Shown here piece by piece: positions 21,970 to 31,283 of a DNA stretch of 64,000 nucleotides. Origin of the DNA: an uncultured delta proteobacterium. GTDB taxonomy: Bacteria > Myxococcota_A > Polyangia > Polyangiales > Polyangiaceae. The notes below the pieces were generated by a model. It did not search any database. It was not told the origin of the DNA and worked only from the letters and a program-made list of their open reading frames with translations. The stretch lies in the NCBI GenBank assembly GCA_963806225.1, contig CAWDXG010000004.1:4608001-4672000 (forward strand). The letters run 5' to 3'. Every line of letters begins with the position of its first letter. Position 1 is the first letter of the stretch. Both the position numbers and the translations under genes were made by a program.

Positions 21970-22716
21970 ATGTCGTTCGGTCCTCTCGAGCCCCGGCAGT
22001 CCGCCGTGGACGCCTGCGCCGCCGCGATCCGCCGGGCGATCCTGGGCGGAGAGCTCGCTGTCGGCAGCCGTTTGCCGCCCGAGCGCGAGCTGGCAGCGAG
22101 CTTTGGCGTCAACCGCGTCACGGTGCGCAGCGCCCTGGGAAAGCTGGCCACGGCGCGCCTCTTGAGCGTGCGTCAGGGCAGTGGGTACCTCGTGCTCGAC
22201 TTCCGCCGCGAGGGCGGCCCGGAGCTCATCCCCGGGCTCTCCGAGCTGGCCGGGGCCGCCGACCTCGCGGACGTCGCGCGCGACCTGCTTCTGGTCCGCC
22301 GCCAGCTCGCTCGCGCGGTACTCGAGCGGCTCGCCGAGCGCCACGACGACGCGGCCTGCGACGCGATCCGCGCGGCCGTCGAGCGCTTCAGCTCGATCGC
22401 CGAGCGCGGTGCGGATACGCGCGAGGTCGCGCGCGCCGACCTCGACGTCGTCGCGGCGATCCTCGACGCAACGCACAGTGCCGTGCTGCGGCTCTGTCAC
22501 AACCCCGTGCTCGCCGTCGTGAGCGAGATGCCGGAGCTGTGCGACGCCATCTACGCCGAGCCCGAGCAGAGCATCGAGGGCTACCGCGCTCTCCTCGCGT
22601 GGCTCGAAGCGCCCCGCGCGGATCTCGTCGACGGCATTGTCGGCGAGCTCGCGCGCCGCGACGCGGCCACGCTCTCGCGCCTCCAGCGCTCCAGCAACAG
22701 GAAGAATAGCCGATGA
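21970..22716 (+). CDS. GntR family (FadR subfamily) transcriptional regulator
   Basis: wHTH 'RLPPERELAASFGVNRVTVRSAL...RQGSG' and an FCD-like C-terminal domain. Confidence 0.92.
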   Translation: MSFGPLEPRQSAVDACAAAIRRAILGGELAVGSRLPPERELAASFGVNRVTVRSALGKLATARLLSVRQGSGYLVLDFRREGGPELIPGLSELAGAADLADVARDLLLVRRQLARAVLERLAERHDDAACDAIRAAVERFSSIAERGADTREVARADLDVVAAILDATHSAVLRLCHNPVLAVVSEMPELCDAIYAEPEQSIEGYRALLAWLEAPRADLVDGIVGELARRDAATLSRLQRSSNRKNSR

Positions 22717-23471
22717 CCCAGGTCCAGTCCGTACCCGCCGCCGCCGTGCCCCGCCGTGAGCAGTACGAGGTCGCGCCGCGCGAGCCCGTCGCCTGGCATG
22801 CGTACGCAGTGCTGTTCTCGCCGGCGCGGATCCTCGAAGGGCTCGAGCGCGTCGGCGAGGCCGGGCTGGTGGAGCGCCTGCCGAACCTCTGGCAGATCGA
22901 GCTCGGCGTGCTCCGGATGTGGCACCGCGTGCTGTTCCGCCCGGATTCGATCGGCACCAGTCGTTCGAACCCCGTGCGTCCGGGTTGGCGCGCACGCCTG
23001 CTCCACTACCGCTTGTTGCGCTTTCCGTTCCTCGTGAGGGAAAGGGCGATCGCGCCGTTCGACTTCTCTGGCCTCGTGAGCTCGCCCTCCCGCATCGTGA
23101 CCCATCTGCTCGGGGCGCATCACGACGAAAACCAGTTCGTGTACGACCTCGAGCTCCTCTCCGCCTACCCGGGCAGGCTCGAACAGGTGTGTGGGCTGGC
23201 CCGGCACGTCGTCGAAGCGGACATTCCGCGCAGCCGTTGGCTCCGCGATCTCGTGGTCTACGAGCGCTATCACGAGAACCTCGTTGCCGCCGTGGAGCGC
23301 GCGCTCGAAGGCGACTTCAGTCTGCCGCCCGACGAAGCGGACAACCCCGACATCTCCTTCGTTGCGTATCTCCGCTGGTGCGCGTCCCAGCCCGCGACGC
23401 CCGCCGAAACCTGGATGCTGTGGCGCGCCGGCCGCTACAGCGTCCCCGACGGTGTGCAGGGAGCCGCGTGA
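22713..23471 (+). CDS. Conserved hypothetical protein
   Basis: 252-aa ORF with ATGA overlap to the regulator and coding-like composition. Confidence 0.75.
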   Translation: MTQVQSVPAAAVPRREQYEVAPREPVAWHAYAVLFSPARILEGLERVGEAGLVERLPNLWQIELGVLRMWHRVLFRPDSIGTSRSNPVRPGWRARLLHYRLLRFPFLVRERAIAPFDFSGLVSSPSRIVTHLLGAHHDENQFVYDLELLSAYPGRLEQVCGLARHVVEADIPRSRWLRDLVVYERYHENLVAAVERALEGDFSLPPDEADNPDISFVAYLRWCASQPATPAETWMLWRAGRYSVPDGVQGAA

Positions 23472-24034
23472 AGGCCAGCGACTTCCTCGGCATGAGCCGC
23501 CGCCAGCTGCTCGACGCGCTGTGCGCGGGCCACGCCATCGACCCGGCCGCGCTCGACGACACGGAGTACAAGGGCGTGAGCCTGGGGCTGCCCGGATTCA
23601 TCGACCGGCTGAGCTGGAAGACGTTCAAGAAGACTTTCCACCGCGACCCGCAAAGCGGCTACCTCCGCGGCTGGAACGTGCGCCTCGAGCAACACGGCAT
23701 CGACGCGCCCTGCGTGGCGATGAAGGACAAGCGCGGCGAGCCGCTCAGCTTCGGGCACTATCGCGTGGTCGACCCCGCCGGCTATCGCATGCCGAAACCC
23801 GCGAACCGCGGCCTGGTCATCGACTACGGTCTCGGAGGCAACCCGGGCCTCTCCTTCACCAACCGCCTGCGCGACCCCATCGTGGCCGTGCACGAGGGCG
23901 ATCCGACCCTGTTGCTCGGCTGGTCGTACGTGGATCTGGGCGCGCTCCGCTTCGGCACCCCGAGCTTCTTCACCCTCGAGCTCGACGGAGCGCTGTCGCA
24001 GCCGGTGGCGCCGCCCCGCTCGCCGCGCGGCTGA
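23468..24034 (+). CDS. Hypothetical protein
   Basis: GTGA overlap with the upstream stop; C-terminal part of ORF 22919..24034 ('WKTFKKTF...GWNVR...LRDPIV'). Confidence 0.75.
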   Translation: MKASDFLGMSRRQLLDALCAGHAIDPAALDDTEYKGVSLGLPGFIDRLSWKTFKKTFHRDPQSGYLRGWNVRLEQHGIDAPCVAMKDKRGEPLSFGHYRVVDPAGYRMPKPANRGLVIDYGLGGNPGLSFTNRLRDPIVAVHEGDPTLLLGWSYVDLGALRFGTPSFFTLELDGALSQPVAPPRSPRG

Positions 24035-24066
24035 CGTCGCTGCTGGGCGCGCTATGCTGGAGCCCG

Positions 24067-25026
24067 ATGCGGCTACGTCTCCTTGCGTTGTGCGCGCTCT
24101 GCCTTGCCGCGGGGGCGGGCTGCGACGACACGCACAGCGCCCAGGCCGCGCAGCTGCCGTCAGCCAAGCCGCCGACGAGCGCGGTCCACAACACGCTGCC
24201 GCCCCTGCCGCCGAAACCCAGCCGAAGGCTCGTACCCGCGAAGTACCCCGCCGATCGCGTCCAGTCGCCGATCACCGAATTCGTCGCCCACAGCCTGCGC
24301 CGCATCGCCGCTCGCAATCCCGATCTCCACGACGACCGTTTCATCAAGATAGGCGACTCGATCACGGTGAGCGGCAACTTCCTTTACTGCTTCTCCGGCG
24401 ACCACGTCGATCTCGGAAAGTACGCCGCGCTCGAAAAGACGCTGCTCCACTTCCACGCCGGCGCCGACGCGGGCCTCGACCCTTTCGCGCGCCGCAGCCA
24501 CGCAGCGGGCGTTGGCTGGAGCGCGTTCCAGGCGCTCGACGGCAAGCCGCCGGTCATGATCGCGGAGGAGAACGCGCTGAACGCGCGCTTTGCCGTGGTG
24601 ATGTTCGGCACCAACGACATGGAGATGGGCAAGCCCAGGCGTTTCTCGCGCGACCTCGCGGACATCGTCGACCGGCTCGTGAAGCGCGGAGTGGTCCCGA
24701 TCCTCTCCACGATCCCGCCGCGTGGCGACCGCCACGACCGGAACGCGCTCGTGCCGGAGTACGACGCCGCCATCCGCCACCTCGCCGAAGCGCGCCAGAT
24801 CCCGCTGGTCGACTACCACCACGCGCTGATGGCCGCCCCACACCACGGCCTCGGCCACGACGGCATCCACCCCTCCGTCTACAAGGGCCCGCTCGGCCGC
24901 AGCCCCTGCGACTTCAGCGGCAAGGGGCTCGGCTACGGCTTCAATCTGCGGAACATGCTCACCCTCCAGGCCCTCGACCGCAGCTGGCGCGCCCTCCACA
25001 CAGGCAAAGCGCTCGACCCGGGTTGA
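24067..25026 (+). CDS. SGNH/GDSL hydrolase lipoprotein
   Basis: Lipobox AGAGC, 'IGDSIT', 'FGTND', 'DGIHP'. Confidence 0.88.
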   Translation: MRLRLLALCALCLAAGAGCDDTHSAQAAQLPSAKPPTSAVHNTLPPLPPKPSRRLVPAKYPADRVQSPITEFVAHSLRRIAARNPDLHDDRFIKIGDSITVSGNFLYCFSGDHVDLGKYAALEKTLLHFHAGADAGLDPFARRSHAAGVGWSAFQALDGKPPVMIAEENALNARFAVVMFGTNDMEMGKPRRFSRDLADIVDRLVKRGVVPILSTIPPRGDRHDRNALVPEYDAAIRHLAEARQIPLVDYHHALMAAPHHGLGHDGIHPSVYKGPLGRSPCDFSGKGLGYGFNLRNMLTLQALDRSWRALHTGKALDPG

Positions 25027-25115
25027 GGTTGGGGGTCCTGGCAGCCGCTCCACGTCAAGGATACGCCACCCTCGCGCCGCGCTGGGCACCCGGCTTCGTC
25101 CTGGCGCGCCTGGGC

Positions 25116-25243
25116 TTCCCTGTGGTCAACCATGGCCCTGGTCTTGTCCGGAAAGCGGACATTCTGCCCGTCATGACCGGTCGCGGGGAGGTGAAATGTC
25201 CGCTTTCCGGACGTCTGGACCGGTATGGGTATCCATCGGGAAA
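25116..25243. repeat. Intergenic inverted repeat (REP/MITE-like)
   Basis: Perfect 18-bp IR GTCCGGAAAGCGGACATT (25146-63) / AATGTCCGCTTTCCGGAC (25195-212), with degenerate outer arms. Confidence 0.7.
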
Positions 25244-25469
25244 CTCCGGGGCGGCAGCGCGCACGCAGACGCGCGGTCACCCTGGCCCGTCGGCGCCGAC
25301 GTGATGGCCGCGCCTATGCCTCGACGTGATCCAGCGTCAGCGCCGCCTGGGGCGGCCATCCACGCACGAAGCGGATCCGACGTTCCATCGCCGGATCCGC
25401 CCGCTTCCGCCGGGTCCGGGCGCCGTGGTGCTGGCCCGTCGCTCGTCGATGCACTATTGCCGTCAGCGG

Positions 25470-26210
25470 ATGAGCTGGATCGAAGGCACGATCACGATGC
25501 GCCGCGAGTGGGCGGAGGGGTTGATGACGCTCGGGCTCGACGCGGAGATCGAGCCGTACGCCGCGGGGCAGTTCGTCAATCTGGGGCTCGACATCGGCGG
25601 CACGCTGGTGCGCCGCTCGTATTCGATCGCCTCGCCGCCCGGCGGTCCGCTCGAGTTCTATCTGAATCTGGTGGAGGGCGGCGTGCTCACGCCGCGGCTG
25701 TTCGAGCTGCCACTGGGCGCAGGCGTGCAGGTGCAGAAGACGCCGCAGGGGTTCTTCACGCTCGGCTACGTGCCGCCGGCCAGGGAGCTGTGGATGGTGG
25801 CCACGGGAACGGGGCTGGGTCCGTTCATGGCCATGCTGGGCACCAAGGAGCCGTGGCAGCGCTTCGAGCGCATCGTGGTCGTGCACGGCGTGCGCATCGC
25901 GGCGCATCTCGCCTACGCTAGCGAGCTCGCCGATCTGTCGCGCGCGCACGGCGGCAGGCTCGTGCGCGTGCCGGCGGTCACGCGACAACCGGACGCAGAG
26001 GGCGTGCTGCACGGGCGCATCACGGAGCTGCTCGAACGGGGCGAAATCGAGCGCACTGCCGGGCTCACGCTCTCGCCGGAGCGCTCGCACCTGATGCTCT
26101 GCGGCAACCCCGGCATGATCGCCGACACCATCGAGCTCCTGAAGGGCCGCGGCCTGCGCAAGCACCGCGTGCGCAATCCGGGGCACATCTCCATAGAGAA
26201 ATACTGGTAG
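25470..26210 (+). CDS. fpr: Ferredoxin--NADP+ reductase
   Basis: 'GQFVNLG', 'RRSYSIAS', 'ATGTGLGPF', 'LCGNPGMI', C-terminal 'EKYW'. Confidence 0.93.
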   Translation: MSWIEGTITMRREWAEGLMTLGLDAEIEPYAAGQFVNLGLDIGGTLVRRSYSIASPPGGPLEFYLNLVEGGVLTPRLFELPLGAGVQVQKTPQGFFTLGYVPPARELWMVATGTGLGPFMAMLGTKEPWQRFERIVVVHGVRIAAHLAYASELADLSRAHGGRLVRVPAVTRQPDAEGVLHGRITELLERGEIERTAGLTLSPERSHLMLCGNPGMIADTIELLKGRGLRKHRVRNPGHISIEKYW

Positions 26211-26212
26211 AG

Positions 26213-26776
26213 CTACTTGCGCGTGATCTGGCCCCAGGCGCCGTCACGTTCGTCGCTGCCGACCTTGACGCGGTGTACGTGGAGGATCACGCGCGTCACG
26301 CGCGAGGTGACCGAGAGCCGGATCCTCCGCTGCTGGTCCTGCTTCTGGAACACGGCTTCCGAGCCCAGCGTCGGGAGCGGGAACGTCAGCTCGTTGCTGC
26401 CGTCGTCGTGGAGCTGCCCGCCCACCAGCCGCGCTCCGAGAAAGGCGTGGTTGGGATCGCTCTGTCCCGTGGCCAGATCGATGACCTCCACGCACTCGAG
26501 CCGGCTGTCGACGCTGTAGACGCGATTGCGCGTCCAGATCTCGTAGGTGCGGCGCGCGTGTGGCCCGAGCGCGGCCGGCCCGGAGAGCCGCCGCACTTCC
26601 ACCTCGATCTCTTGGCCCGGCGTGCTCGCCGGGATCTGCGAATCGCGCGCTGCCGGCGCTTGACCCGGGTCGGTTCCGTCCTCCGGATCCCAGTCCGGCG
26701 GCGACCAGACGATGGTGGGCTCGTCGTCCCACATCGTGGGAGCCGGGTCACGCTTCCCGCCCTTCCGCTGGCTCAT
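26213..26776 (-). CDS. Hypothetical protein
   Basis: 187-aa ORF with strong RBS GGAGG upstream. Confidence 0.7.
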   Translation of the reverse strand: MSQRKGGKRDPAPTMWDDEPTIVWSPPDWDPEDGTDPGQAPAARDSQIPASTPGQEIEVEVRRLSGPAALGPHARRTYEIWTRNRVYSVDSRLECVEVIDLATGQSDPNHAFLGARLVGGQLHDDGSNELTFPLPTLGSEAVFQKQDQQRRIRLSVTSRVTRVILHVHRVKVGSDERDGAWGQITRK

Positions 26777-26798
26777 CCTCCCCAGGATATCACGAGCG

Positions 26799-27515
26799 TC
26801 ACGCCCGCCCGTAGACCGGGATAGCCGCTCCGGAGATGTCGCGCGCGGCGTCCGAGAGCAGGAATGCGATGACCTCGGCGAGCGAGTCGGGCGTTACCCA
26901 GTGATCGTGGGGCGCCTCGGGCATGCCCCGGCGGTTGGCGGGCGTGTCGATCGTGCTCGGCAGGACCACGTTCACGCGCACGCCGCTCTCCAGCACTTCC
27001 GCGGCCACCGCCTGGGCGAGGGCGACCAGCCCCGCCTTGGACGCGGCGTAGGCTGCGGCGTGGGTGCTCTCCCACGGCCTGACGGCGGCGCGCGAGCCAA
27101 TCAGCACCACGCTACCTCTGCCTGCCGACACCAGTCCGGGCAACAGCGCGCGCAGGCTGTGCTGTGCCGTCTCCAGGTTGGCGTTCATCATGGAACGCCA
27201 CACGGCCTCGTCGCTCTCGTGGAAGGGCTTGCCGCCGTTCCAGCCGCCCGCGATCAGCACGGCGCTGTCCGGTGCGCCGTGCTCGCGGCCGACGTGGGCC
27301 AGCCCCTCTTCCCACGCGGTCGGCGAGCTCACGTCCAGCGGGAGCCCGACACAGCGGTCGCCGCTGTCGTCCGACAGCTTCTGCAGGCGGTCGGCGGCCG
27401 CCGGCAGATCGACCGCCGTCACGCGCCGCCCGCCAGCGAGCAGCCGCGCTACCACGTGGGAACCGAGGGCGCCGGCAGCGCCCGTGACTACCGTCAATCG
27501 TCCAGAATCCGTCAT
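26799..27515 (-). CDS. SDR family oxidoreductase
   Basis: 'TGAAGALG', 'YAASK', 'PSTIDTPANR', 'ISGAAIPVYG'. Confidence 0.92.
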   Translation of the reverse strand: MTDSGRLTVVTGAAGALGSHVVARLLAGGRRVTAVDLPAAADRLQKLSDDSGDRCVGLPLDVSSPTAWEEGLAHVGREHGAPDSAVLIAGGWNGGKPFHESDEAVWRSMMNANLETAQHSLRALLPGLVSAGRGSVVLIGSRAAVRPWESTHAAAYAASKAGLVALAQAVAAEVLESGVRVNVVLPSTIDTPANRRGMPEAPHDHWVTPDSLAEVIAFLLSDAARDISGAAIPVYGRA

Positions 27516-27596
27516 CCGTCGTCCATAGGTCGTTCCCGGCCGGGACGCACCCAGTGCGGTGCATGCCGGGTCGGACTGCGCTAGGACGGCGGGGCC

Positions 27597-27992
27597 ATGG
27601 CCGACCCCACCGGGCGCGAGCCCCCCGATGCTGCTCCGGACGACGATAAAAGCAACACGCCGCCTGGCGCCAGCGAGGACGAAGCGAGCGACGAGCGCGA
27701 GCCAGGCGCCAGCGAGGACGAAGCGAGCGACGACCGGGTGCCCGGCGACTGGCAGGACGTCAAGCGGTACCTCATCGGTCTAATGGCCCTCATTGTCCTC
27801 GCCGTCATCGTCATGTTCGTCGTTGCCGTGTACGAGTACCGCCACTACGCCGGCGCCAAGGCCGAGGACACGAAGATGATCCCCGAAAACCAGGACGTGA
27901 TGCGCCAGGGCGCCCTGCCCGAGCGCCTGCGCAAGGTGCGCGGGATGCAGAAGGCGCAGCCGTCCGCGGTTCCCTCGGCTCGCCCGCGCTAG
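27597..27992 (+). CDS. Hypothetical single-pass membrane protein with acidic repeat
   Basis: Duplicated PGASEDEASD followed by one TM helix. Confidence 0.65.
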   Translation: MADPTGREPPDAAPDDDKSNTPPGASEDEASDEREPGASEDEASDDRVPGDWQDVKRYLIGLMALIVLAVIVMFVVAVYEYRHYAGAKAEDTKMIPENQDVMRQGALPERLRKVRGMQKAQPSAVPSARPR

Positions 27993-28891
27993 AACACGAC
28001 GCCGAGCGAGAAGCGCGCCATGATGTCGACGGGGTAGAGCGCGCCGTTCAGGTTGGCGATTTCGTTCAGGTTGCGATCGAGGGCGATGTCGAGGCCCTTC
28101 TGGTCGCAGTTGGACGTCGCGTCCGCGGGCGAGGTGGCGGTGCTCGGGAAGCATCGCTTCTGCTTGTTCAGCTCCACGCCAAGCCCGATGCCGCCGGCGA
28201 TCGTGAAAAATCCCCACTTCGCGTGCGAGCCGAAGAAGCCGTACAGCCGTCGTTCCGTGTGCGAGACCTGATCGATGGTGCCGGCGTCGTCCAACGTCTT
28301 GTAGGTGTAGCCGTAGTTCGTGAAGATGAGGCGCAGCACGTAGCCCTTGAACGGCTTGCCGTTGAGCCAGAAGCCCGCATCGATCGACGTGCCGGCGAGC
28401 GCGCCGAGCCCGTTCGAGTGCTGCGACAGCTGGTCCTTGCGGCCGTTGAAGTAGTTGAAGGTGGGCGGTGTGCCGTTGACCACGAACACCGGCACCAGCT
28501 CGACGCTGATGAACTTCCACACGGACGACTCGAGCTCGATGCCGAGCCGGCCGTCGATCAGCAGGTTGAACGGGTCGACCCGCACGGACAGGTCGGGCAT
28601 CTTGAAGCCGCTGTCTTCCGGCTTCTTCGGCGGGGGCGGCGGCGGCGGGTTATAGCCGTAGCCGTAGCCCGGCGGAGGCGGCTGCTGGTAGCCCGGCGGA
28701 GGCGGCTGCTGGTAGCCCGGCGGAGGCGGCTGCTGGTAGCCCGGCGGAGGCGGCTGCTGGTAGCCCGGCGGAGGCGGCTGCTGGTAGCCCGGCGGAGGCG
28801 GCTGCTGCTGGGCGCGAGCGCTGGTCGGGGCGAGCAGGACGGCGAGGGCCGTGCCTGCAGCTGCCGCGGCGAGAGCGGGTGAGACGCGCAT
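27989..28891 (-). CDS. Exported beta-barrel-like protein with N-terminal PPPPGYQQ repeats
   Basis: Signal peptide, Pro-rich repeats, amphipathic beta strands, C-terminal 'ARFSLGVVF'. Confidence 0.7.
   Translation of the reverse strand: MRVSPALAAAAAGTALAVLLAPTSARAQQQPPPPGYQQPPPPGYQQPPPPGYQQPPPPGYQQPPPPGYQQPPPPGYGYGYNPPPPPPPKKPEDSGFKMPDLSVRVDPFNLLIDGRLGIELESSVWKFISVELVPVFVVNGTPPTFNYFNGRKDQLSQHSNGLGALAGTSIDAGFWLNGKPFKGYVLRLIFTNYGYTYKTLDDAGTIDQVSHTERRLYGFFGSHAKWGFFTIAGGIGLGVELNKQKRCFPSTATSPADATSNCDQKGLDIALDRNLNEIANLNGALYPVDIMARFSLGVVF
28667..28808. repeat. 24-bp tandem repeat (about 6 copies) GCCCGGCGGAGGCGGCTGCTGGTA
   Basis: Exact tandem copies; encodes QQPPPPGY on the minus strand. Confidence 0.9.
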
Positions 28892-28996
28892 GGCGGAAAT
28901 CATAAGGTCGTCCCGGGTCGGAGGCGAGAGCCCCGCCGTCAGTTCGACGAACTGGCGGCTCCGCGCGTTCAAATCGGCCCCCGGCCCGGCCTCCGC

Positions 28997-30019
28997 TCAC
29001 TCCGCCATGAAGCGCTCGAAGGTTTCGACGTCCTTCTTCGAGCCGACGATGAGCGGCACGCGGGCGTGGAGCTCCGTCGGCTCCACGTCGAGGATCGGCG
29101 CTGACCCGGTGCTCGCCTTGCCGCCCGCCGCTTCGAAAATGAACGCCATCGGGTTCGCTTCGTACAGCAGCCGGAGCTTGCCGCCCTTGCTCTTGGTGTC
29201 GGAGGGGTAGGCGAAGATCCCGCCGCGCAAGAGCGTGCGGTGCGCGTCCGCCACGAGCGAGCCGACGTAGCGGTGCGTGTACGGCCGCTCGTCCTCCTTG
29301 TTCGGCTCCTTGATGAAGGTGTTCCAGCGGCGCACCTTCTCGTCCCAGCGGGCCCAGTTGCCTTCGTTGATCGAATACGTGTTGCCCTTCTCGGGGCACT
29401 GCACGTTCTCGTGAGACAGGAAGAACTCCCCGGCGCCGGGATCCCACGTGAAGCCGTGCACGCCCTTGCCCGTGGTCAGCATCAGCACCGTGGAAGAGCC
29501 GTAGATGCAATAGCCCGCGCACACCAGCTCGCGCCCCGTCTTGAGGAAGCTCTGCTCGGTAGGCGGCCCCTCGCTGCGATCGTAGCGGAGGATGCCGAAG
29601 ATGGTGCCGATCGAGATGTCGACGTCGATGTTGCTGGAGCCGTCGAGCGGATCGGTGACGACCAGGTAGCCGCCGGTGGCGTGCGGGAAGAACACCGGCT
29701 TCTGGAGCTCTTCCGAGGCCAGCGCCGCGCAGTGGCCGCGGCGCTTCAGCGACGCGATCATCGTCTCGTTCGCGATCACGTCAAGCTTCTGCACGTTCTC
29801 GCCCTGGATGTTCGTGTCGCCGGTGTAGCCGAGCACGTCGGCGAGGCCGGCGCGGCGCACGCGACCGGTGATGAGCTTGGCGGCGAGCGCGACCTGGTTG
29901 AGAAGCGAGGTGAAGGTCCCCGTGGCGCCGGGCACCTGGAACATCCCCTCCAGGATGAAGGTTTCGAGAGTTACGCCGGCCTGGGACATGTCAGGCGGGC
30001 TCCACGAGGCGTTCGGCAT
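28997..30019 (-). CDS. fbp: Class 1 fructose-1,6-bisphosphatase
   Basis: 'QKLDV', 'DPLDGSSN', 'RYVGSLVAD', 'GKLRLLYE'. Start chosen at MPNAS after a GAGGAAG RBS. Confidence 0.95.
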   Translation of the reverse strand: MPNASWSPPDMSQAGVTLETFILEGMFQVPGATGTFTSLLNQVALAAKLITGRVRRAGLADVLGYTGDTNIQGENVQKLDVIANETMIASLKRRGHCAALASEELQKPVFFPHATGGYLVVTDPLDGSSNIDVDISIGTIFGILRYDRSEGPPTEQSFLKTGRELVCAGYCIYGSSTVLMLTTGKGVHGFTWDPGAGEFFLSHENVQCPEKGNTYSINEGNWARWDEKVRRWNTFIKEPNKEDERPYTHRYVGSLVADAHRTLLRGGIFAYPSDTKSKGGKLRLLYEANPMAFIFEAAGGKASTGSAPILDVEPTELHARVPLIVGSKKDVETFERFMAE

Positions 30020-30156
30020 TTTCGGCTTCCTCTCTTCGTTGCGGACCCGGAAAATAGGATCTACTTTCCCGGGCCCCGCGTTCAAGTCCATCGGCACCCG
30101 GGAATCACGCAGATTCTGCGGTGTCTGAGCGCCGTCATCTAGCAGAGGGAGAGAGC

Positions 30157-31074
30157 ATGGCCGCCACGGATCGCGTCAAGGAGATTCTGTCCTGGTACTC
30201 GTCGGAAAACCCCGGCACGCAGACCCAGATCGCACGGCTCCTGATGACCGGCACGCTAGCCGGCACCGGGAAGCTGGTGATTCTTCCGGTCGATCAGGGC
30301 TTCGAGCATGGGCCGGCACGCTCGTTTGCCCCGAATCCGGACGCCCATGACCCGGACTACCACTTCCAGTTGGCGATCGACGCGGGCTGCAACGCCTATG
30401 CGGCGCCGCTGGGCTTCCTCGAGGCAGGCGCTTCGAAGTTCGCCGGGCAGATCCCGCTGATCCTCAAGCTGAACAACAGCGACTCGCTCAGCAAGGTCGA
30501 GCCCTGCTCGGCGATTACCGCGTCGGTGGATGACGCGCTCCGCCTCGGCTGCGTGGCGATCGGCTACACGATCTACCCTGGCTCGGACTTCCGCAACGCG
30601 ATGTACGAGGACCTGCGCGAGCTGACGCTCGAGGCGAAGTCGAAGGGCCTGGCGGTGGTCGTGTGGGCGTACCCGCGCGGCAATGGCATCAGCAAGGAAG
30701 GCGAGACGGCGATCGACGTGGTCTCGTATGCCGCGCAGATCTCCGCGCAGCTCGGCGCCAACATCATCAAGATCAAGCCGCCCACGGCCCACCTCGAGCA
30801 GGCCGAGGCGAAAAAGGCGTTCGAGAAGGCGAAGATCCCGATCGATACGCTTGCCGACCGCATCAGCTACTGCATCAAGGCCGCGTTCAACGGCAAGCGC
30901 ATCGTGATCTTCTCCGGCGGCGCAGCGAAGGGCACCCAGGACGTGCTCGACGAGATCCGCCAGATCAAGCAGGGTGGAAGCTTCGGTTCGATCGTGGGCC
31001 GCAACGCCTTCCAGCGCCCGCATGCCGAGGCGATCGACCTGCTCAAGCAGATCATGGCCATCTACAAAGGCTGA
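30157..31074 (+). CDS. fbaB: Class I fructose-bisphosphate aldolase (DhnA/FbaB type)
   Basis: 'ILPVDQGFEHGP', 'WAYPRG', 'GANIIKIKPP', 'GSIVGRNAFQRP'. Confidence 0.93.
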   Translation: MAATDRVKEILSWYSSENPGTQTQIARLLMTGTLAGTGKLVILPVDQGFEHGPARSFAPNPDAHDPDYHFQLAIDAGCNAYAAPLGFLEAGASKFAGQIPLILKLNNSDSLSKVEPCSAITASVDDALRLGCVAIGYTIYPGSDFRNAMYEDLRELTLEAKSKGLAVVVWAYPRGNGISKEGETAIDVVSYAAQISAQLGANIIKIKPPTAHLEQAEAKKAFEKAKIPIDTLADRISYCIKAAFNGKRIVIFSGGAAKGTQDVLDEIRQIKQGGSFGSIVGRNAFQRPHAEAIDLLKQIMAIYKG

Positions 31075-31283
31075 CCCGCAGGAAAGCCTGTTTCCGGCGG
31101 GATCCGCGCGGGAAACCGCCGGACGGGCCAAGGCCTGTTCCGGGACCGGGGTGCTCCGGCGTCACGCCCGCAGGGCGGGGTTGATGCCGCTCCGGGCAGG
31201 GTGGCAGTATGCGCGCTCTCAGCTCCGGCTGCATGACGCGCAGCCCGCCACCCGCCTTTCCCAGAGCCCAGGAGACCCTCGCG

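Noticed and set aside
28667..28808. CRISPR array
   Set aside because: Tandem repeats without spacers, in-frame within a CDS, and no cas genes.
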